Sequence record: PZ402301.1
DNA length: 64,000 nucleotides
From: a phage
Direction: 5' to 3' (one strand)
Positions 1 to 12,195 of the stretch are shown one piece after another. Each line of letters opens with the position of its first letter. Position 1 is the stretch's first letter. The position numbers and the translations under genes were made by a program. Under the pieces are notes generated by a model. That model was not told where the DNA came from. It made no database searches and worked only from the letters and a program-made list of their open reading frames with translations.

Positions 1-545
1 GCGGTTTTTGGAATATTGTCACGCTCTCCTCGCGCCATCCAATAAACAGGAACATTTAATATTTCACTCGCATGATCGCAATGGTGAGCGAGATCGTCAA
101 TGTAACAAATTACGTTATATTTCTCTTTTGCCTTTTTGAACAACTCTTCTTTTGAAGAATCATGACCACACATCATTACTTCTGAGAAGGCACCAGGAAA
201 AAGAGCATTCAAATTAAATTGACGATTCAACAGAGCGTCAATAGAATCACCTAATGCTGTAACAGCTACAAAATTATAATCTTCTTTTAATTTGTTAATT
301 ACACACAGGGCATCTTTATACGGAGACAAATAACGAATAAAATCTGAACGATTGTATTTTTCAATTAACTTGACGCCAAGTTCTTCGTCACAATTAAAGA
401 GTTTACCCGGAGAAATAAATTTCTCATCTTGGATCATTTTTAAAATATGTTCTAATGGAAGATTATATTTCTGAGCAAAATAAGGAAGGCCTGATTGCCA
501 GCTTAAACATACACCATCAATATCAGTCAAAATAGTTGGCTTCAT
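1..545 (-). CDS. HAD-superfamily hydrolase-like protein (possible 5'(3')-deoxyribonucleotidase type), partial; 3' end lies beyond window start
   Basis: ATG at 543-545 overlaps stop of next ORF (ATGA); frame open to position 1; N-terminal DIDGV motif typical of HAD phosphatases. Confidence 0.6.
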   Translation of the reverse strand, partial: MKPTILTDIDGVCLSWQSGLPYFAQKYNLPLEHILKMIQDEKFISPGKLFNCDEELGVKLIEKYNRSDFIRYLSPYKDALCVINKLKEDYNFVAVTALGDSIDALLNRQFNLNALFPGAFSEVMMCGHDSSKEELFKKAKEKYNVICYIDDLAHHCDHASEILNVPVYWMARGERDNIPKT

Positions 546-1006
546 AGAGAGTCTCTTAATAGGTTTAACACATCAATAAATTCAGCTTCGGTTAGTATTG
601 TATCATCTTTTGTTAGACCACTAGCCATGCTGTGCTTCAAAACTTTTCCTTTCGAGGCTTGTAATGCATCACGAAAGCCCTTGTTTTGGATCGCTGCTTC
701 AAAATATGCATTTGTGTATAAATCTTTCCACGCTGAGGAGTATCTTGAAAATGGAACTCCGAGCCAGAAGAGGGTCCCACGGTCCTGAGCTCTTGCATAA
801 GACCTTCCAGCTTGTTGGGCGGCAAGCCCGGATAACCCAAATATACGTCTTTGTTGTTCAACATTTTTCACCTTACACCCTTGGAGGAATCCTTCGAGAC
901 CTCCAAATTGAATACCATCCATAACGAAAGGCCATTGGGCGAAATTACTTAATGCACATGATGGCCATCTAAAATTGCTTCTTATCTCTAGCTCAGACAT
1001 TTTCAA
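542..1006 (-). CDS. hypothetical protein, 154 aa (gene 30.x-like early ORF)
   Basis: ORF track; stop/start coupling with neighbours; position left of rIII as in T4 30.x block. Confidence 0.6.
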   Translation of the reverse strand: MKMSELEIRSNFRWPSCALSNFAQWPFVMDGIQFGGLEGFLQGCKVKNVEQQRRIFGLSGLAAQQAGRSYARAQDRGTLFWLGVPFSRYSSAWKDLYTNAYFEAAIQNKGFRDALQASKGKVLKHSMASGLTKDDTILTEAEFIDVLNLLRDSL

Positions 1007-1199
1007 TACTTATAATTTCAACATCAGCCCAATGACCATAGCAAGGAAGACGAAATTCAACTGGCCAGTTAGGGTCCTTTTCTAATATAATAGACTTAAC
1101 TTGTGGTTCTTCATGTTCATCGGTATACGGACCTTTATACGTTACTTTATATGTGACCTTAATGTACTGAATTCCAAAAATCTTATTAATTATATTCAT
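993..1199 (-). CDS. hypothetical protein, 68 aa
   Basis: ORF track; tightly packed in same-strand early block. Confidence 0.45.
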   Translation of the reverse strand: MNIINKIFGIQYIKVTYKVTYKGPYTDEHEEPQVKSIILEKDPNWPVEFRLPCYGHWADVEIISIENV

Positions 1200-1393
1200 A
1201 CTAATTCCTTTAATCCATAGATAGGAGATAATTCATCACCCATACGAAGGTCTTCATTTCCATCTACCCAGGAAACAATATAAGCCTCTTTTATTTGAAT
1301 ACCACTCCATTTAAATGGAGGTAGAACCTTAGAAATTAATCCAGGTATACCGACTCCCTTTAATTCAACAGTTTGACCCAAAAAGAATTTCAT
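1196..1393 (-). CDS. hypothetical protein, 65 aa
   Basis: ORF track; start overlaps stop of upstream ORF at 1393. Confidence 0.5.
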   Translation of the reverse strand: MKFFLGQTVELKGVGIPGLISKVLPPFKWSGIQIKEAYIVSWVDGNEDLRMGDELSPIYGLKELV

Positions 1394-1680
1394 TAGAACC
1401 TCATCTGAAAACCATGCGATTTAACATTACCGCCGTCAATATCAGAAATGTTAATTTCACGCGCAATTGAAGGGTCAATGTCAATTTCACGATTGAGTTT
1501 AGCGATAGCTAGAGTATCACGCCCATTTACAGTACGGAACTCTAAAGGGCAGACTGCATTAACATAGTTTTTAATCGATTCACTGGTAGGCTGCAAATGA
1601 GCAGGAAGGTCTTTAGGCGCCTTAGAGAAAACTACTTCGCAAAAATTTTTACGAGTATCAAAATAAGTAGTCATAAACAT
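1393..1680 (-). CDS. hypothetical protein, 95 aa
   Basis: ORF track; GAGGAAAA Shine-Dalgarno upstream of ATG at 1680. Confidence 0.55.
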   Translation of the reverse strand: MFMTTYFDTRKNFCEVVFSKAPKDLPAHLQPTSESIKNYVNAVCPLEFRTVNGRDTLAIAKLNREIDIDPSIAREINISDIDGGNVKSHGFQMRF

Positions 1681-1720
1681 AGTATTTTCCTCAGTAAGGG
1701 GCCGAAGCCCCTATTTTATT

Positions 1721-2098
1721 TTAAATATCAAATTCATTAAGAACTACATCAAAGATCGCTTCAAGATGCTCAGGTTTAGCTCTGTTACTCAGAATATGAC
1801 GAATCCAAGTTTTAACCAGAAGCTTACGATTGACGCCATTCCAGCAAGGATGAGTACCTAAATCGCGTTGACGGAAATCATCATCTAATGCGATTTTAAA
1901 AGAAGAATCTTCTTTCGTGATTGAAACCGTGATGCCATTTTCAAATCGCATATAAACGTAGTTAGGAGTCATATACTGTTCAATTTCGCATACTGATCCA
2001 TTTTGATGTTTCCAAAGGCAGATAGTATCAATAGAACCTGCAATACCGTTAGAAACATATTTACGTTCAAAGTTGATGTAGTTCATTTTATTCTCCAA
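1721..2098 (-). CDS. hypothetical protein, 125 aa
   Basis: ORF track; early promoter-like element immediately upstream (2105-2152). Confidence 0.6.
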   Translation of the reverse strand: MENKMNYINFERKYVSNGIAGSIDTICLWKHQNGSVCEIEQYMTPNYVYMRFENGITVSITKEDSSFKIALDDDFRQRDLGTHPCWNGVNRKLLVKTWIRHILSNRAKPEHLEAIFDVVLNEFDI

Positions 2099-2104
2099 GA
2101 TGTT

Positions 2105-2152
2105 TAATTGCGGTACAGGTATATAATATCATATCCTGTACCAAAGTAAACA
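2105..2152 (-). promoter_or_regulatory. early promoter-like element (GTTTAC -35, TATTAT -10) flanked by inverted repeat
   Basis: rc reads GTTTAC...TATTATAT; GGTACAGG/CCTGTACC inverted repeat flanks the -10. Confidence 0.5.
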
Positions 2153-2153
2153 A

Positions 2154-2486
2154 TTATTTTACTACTTTCCAGTGCTGCATGTCAAGTTTACCAACTTTTT
2201 TCATCTTCTCAATTAAGCGTTCTGCACGTTGGCGAGCTGTAACATAATACCATTCGCCTAATTCATTTTGTTCAATTTTTCCAACGATTACTGTATTCAA
2301 TTCATAAATCCAACCAGTAAAGAAATTATGAACTTGAATTGTAAAGGTGAAATCTGTTCCCATACCTTCTGTTGTTTCTACTTCAATAATATCACCTTCA
2401 ACTGCCATTAAGAACCACATAGTTTCGTTATATTCACCATTGAAACATTTAGCTTTAACCGCAGCGTTCAGATTAATCGTTTTCAT
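2154..2486 (-). CDS. hypothetical protein, 110 aa
   Basis: ORF track; AAGGAGAA RBS upstream of ATG 2486; promoter-like element 2505-2545. Confidence 0.6.
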   Translation of the reverse strand: MKTINLNAAVKAKCFNGEYNETMWFLMAVEGDIIEVETTEGMGTDFTFTIQVHNFFTGWIYELNTVIVGKIEQNELGEWYYVTARQRAERLIEKMKKVGKLDMQHWKVVK

Positions 2487-2504
2487 TTTATTCTCCTTTG
2501 TTTG

Positions 2505-2545
2505 TGTAAGATAATACTATCACAAAGGAACCATACTGTAAACAA
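2505..2545 (-). promoter_or_regulatory. early promoter-like element
   Basis: GTTTAC -35 (rc of 2538-2543) with TAGTATTAT -10 region. Confidence 0.5.
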
Positions 2546-2561
2546 CTTTGTGCAATCTTTG

Positions 2562-2592
2562 GAAAATAAAAAAGGACTCCCGAAGGAGTCCT
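2562..2592 (-). terminator. rho-independent terminator
   Basis: Hairpin GGACTCCttcgGGAGTCC (UUCG loop) followed by U-run on minus strand. Confidence 0.7.
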
Positions 2593-2596
2593 CAAC

Positions 2597-2773
2597 TTAT
2601 GCTTTCTGCTTACCAAAACGAGAAGCATCATCTCGAAGAACCGCACGTGCTCGGCGCATGATCTTCTCAACAGTTTGATTGATACGAGAGTTCGACCCAC
2701 GCTTGTAACCAGCGCGTTTAGAATCACCAACTTTCTTTTCAACTGCTTTCTTTGCTTTAGCTTGTTTTGCCAT
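2597..2773 (-). CDS. small basic protein, about 58 aa (start moved to internal ATG MAKQAKAKK)
   Basis: Internal ATG at 2771-2773 with AAGAGAA RBS; lysine/arginine rich; followed by hairpin terminator. Confidence 0.5.
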   Translation of the reverse strand: MAKQAKAKKAVEKKVGDSKRAGYKRGSNSRINQTVEKIMRRARAVLRDDASRFGKQKA

Positions 2774-2967
2774 TATAAATTCTCTTTTAAATGAAAATGC
2801 AGGACTTATTGGCATTGCCTGCGAAAGCCCTCAAGGGGTACTTAGGTTTTGAATATTTACCGACAGGATAACCATAAACCTCGTCAACATTCAAGAGGTA
2901 CACCGTAAAACAAAGTTCGACGGCTCCTCGATTTTAGCTCACACTAAGGCAGTGAATCTCCAATAAA

Positions 2968-3216
2968 TTACTTCAGTGTTACCACAAAGTGACGAACTGC
3001 TTTTCGTGCAGCAGAAGCCAGAGGCTTAGCATATTTAAGTTCATCTTTTTCCTGGAGCTCAGCAGCTAATGCAGTTTGAGCAGGATTCAGATGTTTGAAA
3101 TAACGCAGGATTTCAAGGGCTTCGGCTTCAACATCAATAGATGCGCCATAGTTTTCGTGACCATTATTCCATGCGTTTCGTTGCAGTTCAAGAGCGTGTT
3201 GTAATTGTTTAATCAT
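2968..3216 (-). CDS. rIII: RIII lysis-inhibition accessory protein
   Basis: 82-aa product, length and sequence (MIKQLQHALELQRNAWNNGHENYG...) match remembered T4 RIII; position next to gene 31. Confidence 0.85.
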   Translation of the reverse strand: MIKQLQHALELQRNAWNNGHENYGASIDVEAEALEILRYFKHLNPAQTALAAELQEKDELKYAKPLASAARKAVRHFVVTLK

Positions 3217-3355
3217 TTAAAAATTCTCGTTAGAGATTAAAACTCGGTAGTCACGTTCTTCTGAATTTCATCTTCTTTCGACAGATCTCTCAGTTGTAGA
3301 CTACCACGTAGAATTGTTCGGTTAACTTATTATTCCGACACCCAATTCATATTAT

Positions 3356-3363
3356 TATTTATA
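3356..3363 (-). promoter_or_regulatory. putative late promoter (TATAAATA) upstream of rIII
   Basis: Reverse-complement TATAAATA in 31-rIII intergenic region. Confidence 0.4.
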
Positions 3364-3699
3364 TCACTTATAAAGACACGGAATAGCTTTATAGTGACAA
3401 GTAACGAATTTTTGTTTAATTTCTTTTGGCTGCTTAAGACCCAGAGCTACAAAAGGATGTGGAACGTTTCGAATTTGACCAACTGGAAGAGAAGTCAAAT
3501 CACCAACTTCACAGAAACCTTCAGGAACATCAGGACCAACAGAGTGAACTACACACAGTTCAGGAACTTCACCTTGAACACGTTTACCGATAATAAGTCC
3601 TGATTCTGTAACTTCTTCATCACCGGCTTGTGCAGGTTCAGAAACTAAAATAACGTATTCACCGACAGCACGAATTGGTAGCTGTTGTACTTCAGACAT
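3364..3699 (-). CDS. 31: gp31 head-assembly co-chaperonin (GroES-like)
   Basis: 111-aa product, T4 gp31 length and sequence pattern; synteny rIII-31-cd. Confidence 0.9.
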
Positions 3700-3755
3700 C
3701 GTTTTTCCTTTTTGTTAACAGATGAATTAATAATAACAAATAATTCTTAAAGCAT

Positions 3756-4064
3756 TTATTTACCAATAAATTGAAGTAAATGCTCAACTTTCATGCCATT
3801 AACGGAAATCAATTTGTCAATAGAAAAACCTCGCCATGCACCGAGCTCAACATCAAATACCGGAATCATATCAGTAGATTCTTTCCGAGTAGATTCAGTC
3901 AATTTACCGGTTTGCATAGTTGGCATAAAGTCAGCATCACGAGTGCCTTTCATAGTACGAATAGTACCATCAGACTTTTCAAAAACCACGTTTGAAATAC
4001 CCATGGACAATTTAGTTTTCAAAATTTCACGAATTGCTACTTTCTGTTCAGTTGTCAGTTTCAT
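3756..4064 (-). CDS. hypothetical protein, 102 aa (31.1 position)
   Basis: ORF track; between 31 and cd as T4 31.1/31.2. Confidence 0.6.
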   Translation of the reverse strand: MKLTTEQKVAIREILKTKLSMGISNVVFEKSDGTIRTMKGTRDADFMPTMQTGKLTESTRKESTDMIPVFDVELGAWRGFSIDKLISVNGMKVEHLLQFIGK

Positions 4065-4301
4065 TTATTTACCTATTACAGTTTTAATATGAGTTGTTCC
4101 ACGTTCTTTAAGAGTGGAAAGCAATTTTTGGCATTTTTCTAAATCAGATTTCCAACTATACGGTCTATCAATACAAACCCATTCTGACTTATAATACTGC
4201 TTCCATTTAGAGAAAAAATATTTCTTATACTCTACAGCAAATGAAATGTTCTCATTAGAATAAGAACTAATTGCTGTGAGCTGTACCAAACGAAATTTCA
4301 T
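4065..4301 (-). CDS. hypothetical protein, 78 aa (31.2 position)
   Basis: ORF track; start abuts stop of upstream cd. Confidence 0.55.
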   Translation of the reverse strand: MKFRLVQLTAISSYSNENISFAVEYKKYFFSKWKQYYKSEWVCIDRPYSWKSDLEKCQKLLSTLKERGTTHIKTVIGK

Positions 4302-4882
4302 TATTCACCACAGAATTCGTTGATATTTTCCCAATTTAACTTATTCAAGTTTTTCTTAGGAACATTAAACACTTCAATACCCGCATTTCGCAGAATATCA
4401 TCCCAGCCAGGTTTATTTTTATCGTATGTTTCGCAATAAACCAACTTTTTAATTCCAGATTGAGCTATCGCTTTTGCACAATCTGGGCAAGGAGAAAGTG
4501 TTACATACATAGTAGCACCTTCAATTGAAGAACCATTTCGCGCAGCAAACAAAATCGCATTTAGTTCAGCATGAATTTCATTTTTAGACGACCATTCAGA
4601 GTGAGCACTACGGTGTTCTTTCGCCAAAACAAAACGATCAGTTGAACCAAACGATACACATTCGGGCTTATGTCCTTGAATGATAGTATGTTTAGGTTTA
4701 TTCAACAACCAACCTTGCTCAGCAGCATAATCACAACAGTTCACACCACCTGCCGGAGAACCGTTATATCCGGTAGAAATAATACGTCCATTCTTTTCAA
4801 TTACTGCTCCTACCTTCCAGGAGCAACATTTTGATTCTTGTGATACTAAATATGCAATTTGAAGTACTGTACTCGCTTTCAT
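4301..4882 (-). CDS. cd: dCMP deaminase
   Basis: 193 aa; cytidine/dCMP deaminase zinc motifs HAELNA and PCPDC in translation. Confidence 0.9.
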   Translation of the reverse strand: MKASTVLQIAYLVSQESKCCSWKVGAVIEKNGRIISTGYNGSPAGGVNCCDYAAEQGWLLNKPKHTIIQGHKPECVSFGSTDRFVLAKEHRSAHSEWSSKNEIHAELNAILFAARNGSSIEGATMYVTLSPCPDCAKAIAQSGIKKLVYCETYDKNKPGWDDILRNAGIEVFNVPKKNLNKLNWENINEFCGE

Positions 4883-5217
4883 TTCATAATCACCAGATAA
4901 GCAGATTTAGCAGTTTCAACACGATAAATTTCGTGACGAAGTTTAGTTATACTTTTAATAACAGAACTAATTATATTCTGCCCATCTTTAAAGCGGTTTT
5001 TCTTATCAATAAAAATTGCACCAGCCATCTTTTTGTGAAGCTCAACTGGATACTTCGTCACAATAATAGCATCATACACAGAAGGATGAATACTATTCAC
5101 TAGAGTATCGTTCATCAAAGTTATTCTAATGAACTGTGCTGTTTCAGAATCAAGCGCTCTATGATCGCCAGTATCATTTTCAAGACAATTATCAATTATA
5201 TCAGTTAAATTCATCAT
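4879..5217 (-). CDS. hypothetical protein, 112 aa (cd.x block)
   Basis: ORF track; overlapping stop/start with neighbours. Confidence 0.55.
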   Translation of the reverse strand: MMNLTDIIDNCLENDTGDHRALDSETAQFIRITLMNDTLVNSIHPSVYDAIIVTKYPVELHKKMAGAIFIDKKNRFKDGQNIISSVIKSITKLRHEIYRVETAKSAYLVIMK

Positions 5218-5450
5218 AGTACGCCATACACCCTTTGTGCTTCAACTAATCCATCAAAATCCAGTTTAAGATGTGTTATTTGGTCACCATCACCTGGATT
5301 CACAATTACTAATACTGAACGAGGAGTTTCGGTAATAACACGAACCGATGTTTCTGGAAATCGTTCAGAAACCTTATTTACCAATTCCTGAGCAAATAGT
5401 TTAACTTTTTCTTGGAATTCTTTAACAGTAATTGGTTTTTCACTTAGCAT
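5214..5450 (-). CDS. hypothetical protein, 78 aa
   Basis: ORF track; coupled to flanking ORFs. Confidence 0.5.
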   Translation of the reverse strand: MLSEKPITVKEFQEKVKLFAQELVNKVSERFPETSVRVITETPRSVLVIVNPGDGDQITHLKLDFDGLVEAQRVYGVL

Positions 5451-5971
5451 GTTGATCCTAGCTCCTTACTTTCAACGTTTTTAACTAATTTGACAGAAAC
5501 TAATTCAGCATCTCGGGTAATCATTACCGGACCTTCTTCATACTCTTCAAGATATTCTAGAGCTTTCTTTTTAGCTTCTTCCTTCGTATCAGTTTGAGCA
5601 TAGATATAGAACATACAACCAGTAATACCTACTACTTTCCACTTAATTTCTTTATCAGCTTTAATTTCAAATTTACTTGTAGAATCATCTTTTTGAACTT
5701 CTTCGAAAAAAGAATATTCTAACATATAAGCAATTGAAAATAACGGGCTAACTTTATAGGATTCACCCATTACATCAACAGCTTTATACCAACAATCATC
5801 AATTTCACGTTTAATGCTAATAACATTTTTCGCAGGATCTATTTTTACTTTAAATGAATTTTCCCCAATAAACTGGGCAATTCGTTTATTAGCCCCGCAA
5901 GTTTCATTAAAAATATCTTTATATCCAGCTTTAAAGCGATAAACCTTATCTTCTTCAAACCATTCGCTCAT
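5444..5971 (-). CDS. hypothetical protein, 175 aa
   Basis: ORF track; early promoter-like element 5997-6032 just upstream. Confidence 0.6.
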   Translation of the reverse strand: MSEWFEEDKVYRFKAGYKDIFNETCGANKRIAQFIGENSFKVKIDPAKNVISIKREIDDCWYKAVDVMGESYKVSPLFSIAYMLEYSFFEEVQKDDSTSKFEIKADKEIKWKVVGITGCMFYIYAQTDTKEEAKKKALEYLEEYEEGPVMITRDAELVSVKLVKNVESKELGSTC

Positions 5972-5996
5972 TTCAATTTCCTCATTTGTTTTGGTA

Positions 5997-6032
5997 GAGC
6001 TATAATATCACAACTCTACCGTAAAGTAAACT
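5997..6032 (-). promoter_or_regulatory. early promoter-like element
   Basis: GTTTAC (rc of 6026-6031) and TATTATA -10. Confidence 0.5.
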
Positions 6033-6033
6033 A

Positions 6034-6309
6034 TTAAATTGCTTTGAATTCTGATGTCTGTGATTCAAAGCGAATATCGCCTTTTATGACTAGCTCAGCG
6101 TCAAGACCGAATACGACAATAATATGAGCAGAACCTGGATACAGAGTAATTGCAATAGAATCCACCTGGTCTGGAAGCAAAGTATTCAATACATGAGTCA
6201 CTTGAGCATGAATTCGAAGCTCAGCTGCATTATCAAGCTTTTCAAACATATTATTAGCGATAATTTGGCTAAACACTACTTCTACGATTTTAGAATAAGT
6301 CGGAAACAT
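6034..6309 (-). CDS. hypothetical protein, 91 aa
   Basis: ORF track. Confidence 0.5.
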   Translation of the reverse strand: MFPTYSKIVEVVFSQIIANNMFEKLDNAAELRIHAQVTHVLNTLLPDQVDSIAITLYPGSAHIIVVFGLDAELVIKGDIRFESQTSEFKAI

Positions 6310-6311
6310 AT

Positions 6312-6512
6312 TTACCTCACATAATTTTCTTCAAGCCAATCAATAACATCCAACGCATTATCAAAAGTTGAACCATCTACTATGTCTTCTGTTTCATAAT
6401 CAAGAATATCTAAGTCTATTCTTCCATCAACAATAGGCCATAAACAAAATAGATATTTCTTTTCTTTTTCAATTTTATCACAAAGTTGATAAATCTTTTC
6501 TATGTTATTCAT
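6312..6512 (-). CDS. hypothetical protein, 66 aa
   Basis: ORF track; acidic small protein. Confidence 0.45.
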   Translation of the reverse strand: MNNIEKIYQLCDKIEKEKKYLFCLWPIVDGRIDLDILDYETEDIVDGSTFDNALDVIDWLEENYVR

Positions 6513-6701
6513 AAGTTTTCCATGGTAAAGGCAGTTTAGTTTTCTTTACTGTTAGTTCAACATCAGGATTCTTTTCCCTTAATTTAAGGCATTCCTCCCA
6601 AGCTCTGATTTCACTAGTGAATACACAAAATTGTCCATTACTAGTACCAACTAAACCACTATTTACAATAATAATAGCCCAAGTTTCATGATGTAAAGCC
6701 A

Positions 6702-6702
<1 letters not shown>
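6505..6702 (-). CDS. hypothetical protein, 65 aa
   Basis: ORF track; start abuts pseT stop. Confidence 0.45.
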
Positions 6703-7927
<1,225 letters not shown>

Positions 7928-7930
7928 TTA

Positions 7931-8161
7931 TTATTTCTCAACCAATGATTGAATATAATCATGTAGGTCTTTAGATGCTTTACCCCACTTATTTTGGTAT
8001 TCATTTTTAAGATTAGCACGTGATTGAGCTAATAAAACATCATTAGTTGGAGGTAAAGATTCTAACCGCTGAATCTGGCGTCCGTAAATCATTGCAGCCA
8101 TCTCGGATTCATAAATCAATCCTTTGAGATGTTCAAATTGATGCCATGAAATCATTTGCAT
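7931..8161 (-). CDS. hypothetical protein, 76 aa
   Basis: ORF track. Confidence 0.5.
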   Translation of the reverse strand: MQMISWHQFEHLKGLIYESEMAAMIYGRQIQRLESLPPTNDVLLAQSRANLKNEYQNKWGKASKDLHDYIQSLVEK

Positions 8162-8451
8162 TTATCCTCTTTTAACTCTTGGCGATAATAACATATCATA
8201 GTTTTCTGATCATGTACATATCGTTTTACATCATTAAGCCAAATACGAAATTCCTGGGAATCTTCGAATGGCATACCGACCCAAGCTTTACCATCGATAA
8301 CTTTAACTTGCCAAGATAGTTTAGCTTCATCATATGACTTTATCTGCACAGGCCAATTAGGATGAACTGTTTCTTTCTTTACTTCTAGAGGATTTGTCGA
8401 ACAACCAACTAGAAGACCAATAGATAATATTACTGCTGATAGTTTAATCAT
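8152..8451 (-). CDS. outer-membrane spanin lipoprotein (o-spanin, pseT.2-like)
   Basis: 99 aa; signal peptide with lipobox LVGC; partner of upstream i-spanin; T4 pseT.2 position. Confidence 0.7.
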   Translation of the reverse strand: MIKLSAVILSIGLLVGCSTNPLEVKKETVHPNWPVQIKSYDEAKLSWQVKVIDGKAWVGMPFEDSQEFRIWLNDVKRYVHDQKTMICYYRQELKEDKCK

Positions 8452-8801
8452 TTAGAAAGGTCCTGGATGTCTTCTGCGAACTTGTTGAAGGAGTTGTTGA
8501 TTTGTTTTTCAACCAATCCTGGCTTATGAGCCACCACATCCGCCTTCTTTGCATCTTTGCGCAGTTTTTCATTTTCACGCTCAATAGCAGCAATTGCCTC
8601 ACGATTTTTATTATTCATCGCATCAATATAATTATACTGAATTCGCAAATTATCTAATGCTAAAGCGTTTTCATTGGATGTTTTTGTAATTTCAGTAACC
8701 GATGTTTCTAATCTTTCTACCTTATTTTTTAAAATAATAGATGTTCCGCCAAATGCTATCACAAGTAATAGCAAGCCTGCTGTCGTATTACTTAATTGCA
8801 T
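8448..8801 (-). CDS. inner-membrane spanin (i-spanin, pseT.3-like)
   Basis: 117 aa; N-terminal transmembrane helix followed by coiled-coil-like charged region; overlaps o-spanin start. Confidence 0.7.
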   Translation of the reverse strand: MQLSNTTAGLLLLVIAFGGTSIILKNKVERLETSVTEITKTSNENALALDNLRIQYNYIDAMNNKNREAIAAIERENEKLRKDAKKADVVAHKPGLVEKQINNSFNKFAEDIQDLSK

Positions 8802-9298
8802 AAAGTTTTAATAACCTCTACAATATCGTCTTGAGAAAGACCGTTAATTAAAATATGATGTTCAGCCGGAGATTTAGAAATTTTAAAGCATGCCTCAACA
8901 TCTTCTGCCATATCTGATGCACTACGATTTGGATTACTAATTCCAAGACGATGTTTTCCCGTCAAAGGATTAACGATGATGTAGCATTTACAGTTATTGA
9001 TATGAACATTAGGTTGAGTCTGATTAATGAACACATCACAATCATATTTCGCAAGCTGATTTTCTAAAAAGACTTTCATCTCCTCAACCGCATCAGGAAG
9101 CATATCACGGGCTTGCTCAAGACGACGATTTCGATATTCTTTAATAGTCGTTTTCCGCTTGACTTGCTTAGCTAAATCTTTCTTAAGATCGGTGATATAT
9201 CCAACTCGACGATTTCCTTTAAATACAGAAATCCCATCTGTAGTATCACCGTATGCTTCAACGACCATTTCAGTAGTAATAAGCTGTAAATCCATCAT
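8792..9298 (-). CDS. alc: Alc, inhibitor of host (cytosine-DNA) transcription
   Basis: 168 aa vs T4 Alc 167 aa; position between pseT block and rnlA; GAGGA RBS. Confidence 0.8.
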   Translation of the reverse strand: MMDLQLITTEMVVEAYGDTTDGISVFKGNRRVGYITDLKKDLAKQVKRKTTIKEYRNRRLEQARDMLPDAVEEMKVFLENQLAKYDCDVFINQTQPNVHINNCKCYIIVNPLTGKHRLGISNPNRSASDMAEDVEACFKISKSPAEHHILINGLSQDDIVEVIKTLCN

Positions 9299-9323
9299 AA
9301 AGTCCTCATGTTATGTCAGTAAG

Positions 9324-9357
9324 ACTACTATAACACAACACGAGGGACTTGTAAACA
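9324..9357 (-). promoter_or_regulatory. early promoter-like element upstream of alc
   Basis: GTTTAC (rc of 9351-9356), TATAGT -10. Confidence 0.5.
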
Positions 9358-9359
9358 GC

Positions 9360-10947
<1,588 letters not shown>

Positions 10948-10974
10948 AATAAAATGGGCCTTGCGGCCCACTCC

Positions 10975-12144
10975 TTAAAAATATTTTTTAAAACTCATCA
11001 TAACTTTATCATCAACATCATTATCAATCTGTGCTACAAGGTAAGATGACAGTTCTACTTCTTGCGGTGCAGATTGAACATTATCAGAATTAAGATATTC
11101 ACGAATCCAAGGATACGGATGTTTAACCGGAGCATCAGTAATTGGGCATGGAAGACCGCACTGTTTCATACGAGATACAGTTAAGTAATCAATAAAGCTC
11201 CACATGCTATTTGTATTTAATCCAGGAACATCGCCATCTTTAAATAAATGAACTGCCCAATCTTTTTCTTGGCGGTTAACTTCCATGAAAATATCAACTG
11301 CTTCTTGTTCACATTCTTGAGCAATTTTAACCCATTCATCACCATCAGTGCCAAGTTGAAGTTGACGAATAATATATTGGGTGCCTTTAAGGTGAAGCTG
11401 CTCATCACGTGCAATGAACTTCATAATCTTGGCATTACCTTCCATGATTTCCATGTTCTTATGGAAGTTAAAGGTACATGCGAAAGATACATAAAAACGA
11501 ATAGCTTCCAGTGCATTGATTACATGAAGGCAAAGATAAAGAGATTTCATTAGTGCTTGTTTAGTACATTCAACAACTTTGCCTAACTCTTCTTTGCGAA
11601 ATCCTTCTGATAAAATTCCTTCATAATCTTCAACCGCATTCTGATATTCACGAGTCTTAACTAGAACATCATCGTAATAGCGACCAATGGACTCGGCACG
11701 TTTCATAATAGCTTTATCTAATACAATCTCATCAAATACCTTTGACGGATCAGTATAAAGATTTCGCATGATATGGGTATATGAACGGCTGTGAATAGTT
11801 TCACTAAAAGTCCATGTAGCAACCCATGTATCAAGACTTGGGTCTGAAATTAACGACATAAGTACAGCAGACGGTGCACGACCCTGAATGCTATCTAGAA
11901 GTGATTGATACTTCAAGTTATTAGTAAAAATATCTTGCTGATACTGAGGAAGCTTGTTAAATTGCGCAGCATCCATCATTAAGTTTACTTCTTCAGGACG
12001 CCAGAAAAATGATAATTGCTTTTCGGTTAAATCTTCAAAAACTTTATGGCGTTGAATATCATAACGCGCAATACCAAGACCTGAACCGAAGAACATAGGT
12101 TCTTTTAAAACATCAACTGGATTTGTATTAAAAACTGTGCTCAT
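10975..12144 (-). CDS. nrdB: ribonucleotide reductase small (beta) subunit, uninterrupted (no intron)
   Basis: 389-aa continuous ORF; ferritin-like R2 sequence; T4 has a group I intron here, this copy does not. Confidence 0.9.
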   Translation of the reverse strand: MSTVFNTNPVDVLKEPMFFGSGLGIARYDIQRHKVFEDLTEKQLSFFWRPEEVNLMMDAAQFNKLPQYQQDIFTNNLKYQSLLDSIQGRAPSAVLMSLISDPSLDTWVATWTFSETIHSRSYTHIMRNLYTDPSKVFDEIVLDKAIMKRAESIGRYYDDVLVKTREYQNAVEDYEGILSEGFRKEELGKVVECTKQALMKSLYLCLHVINALEAIRFYVSFACTFNFHKNMEIMEGNAKIMKFIARDEQLHLKGTQYIIRQLQLGTDGDEWVKIAQECEQEAVDIFMEVNRQEKDWAVHLFKDGDVPGLNTNSMWSFIDYLTVSRMKQCGLPCPITDAPVKHPYPWIREYLNSDNVQSAPQEVELSSYLVAQIDNDVDDKVMMSFKKYF

Positions 12145-12195
12145 AAATTTTCCGCTTAGTTAATAGATAGTGACTCGTCCGTGAGTCAAATTATA

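Noticed and set aside
2488-2742. 84-aa ORF overlapping the small basic protein gene
   Set aside because: Runs through the terminator hairpin and promoter region; the 58-aa frame has an RBS and sits sensibly relative to the terminator.
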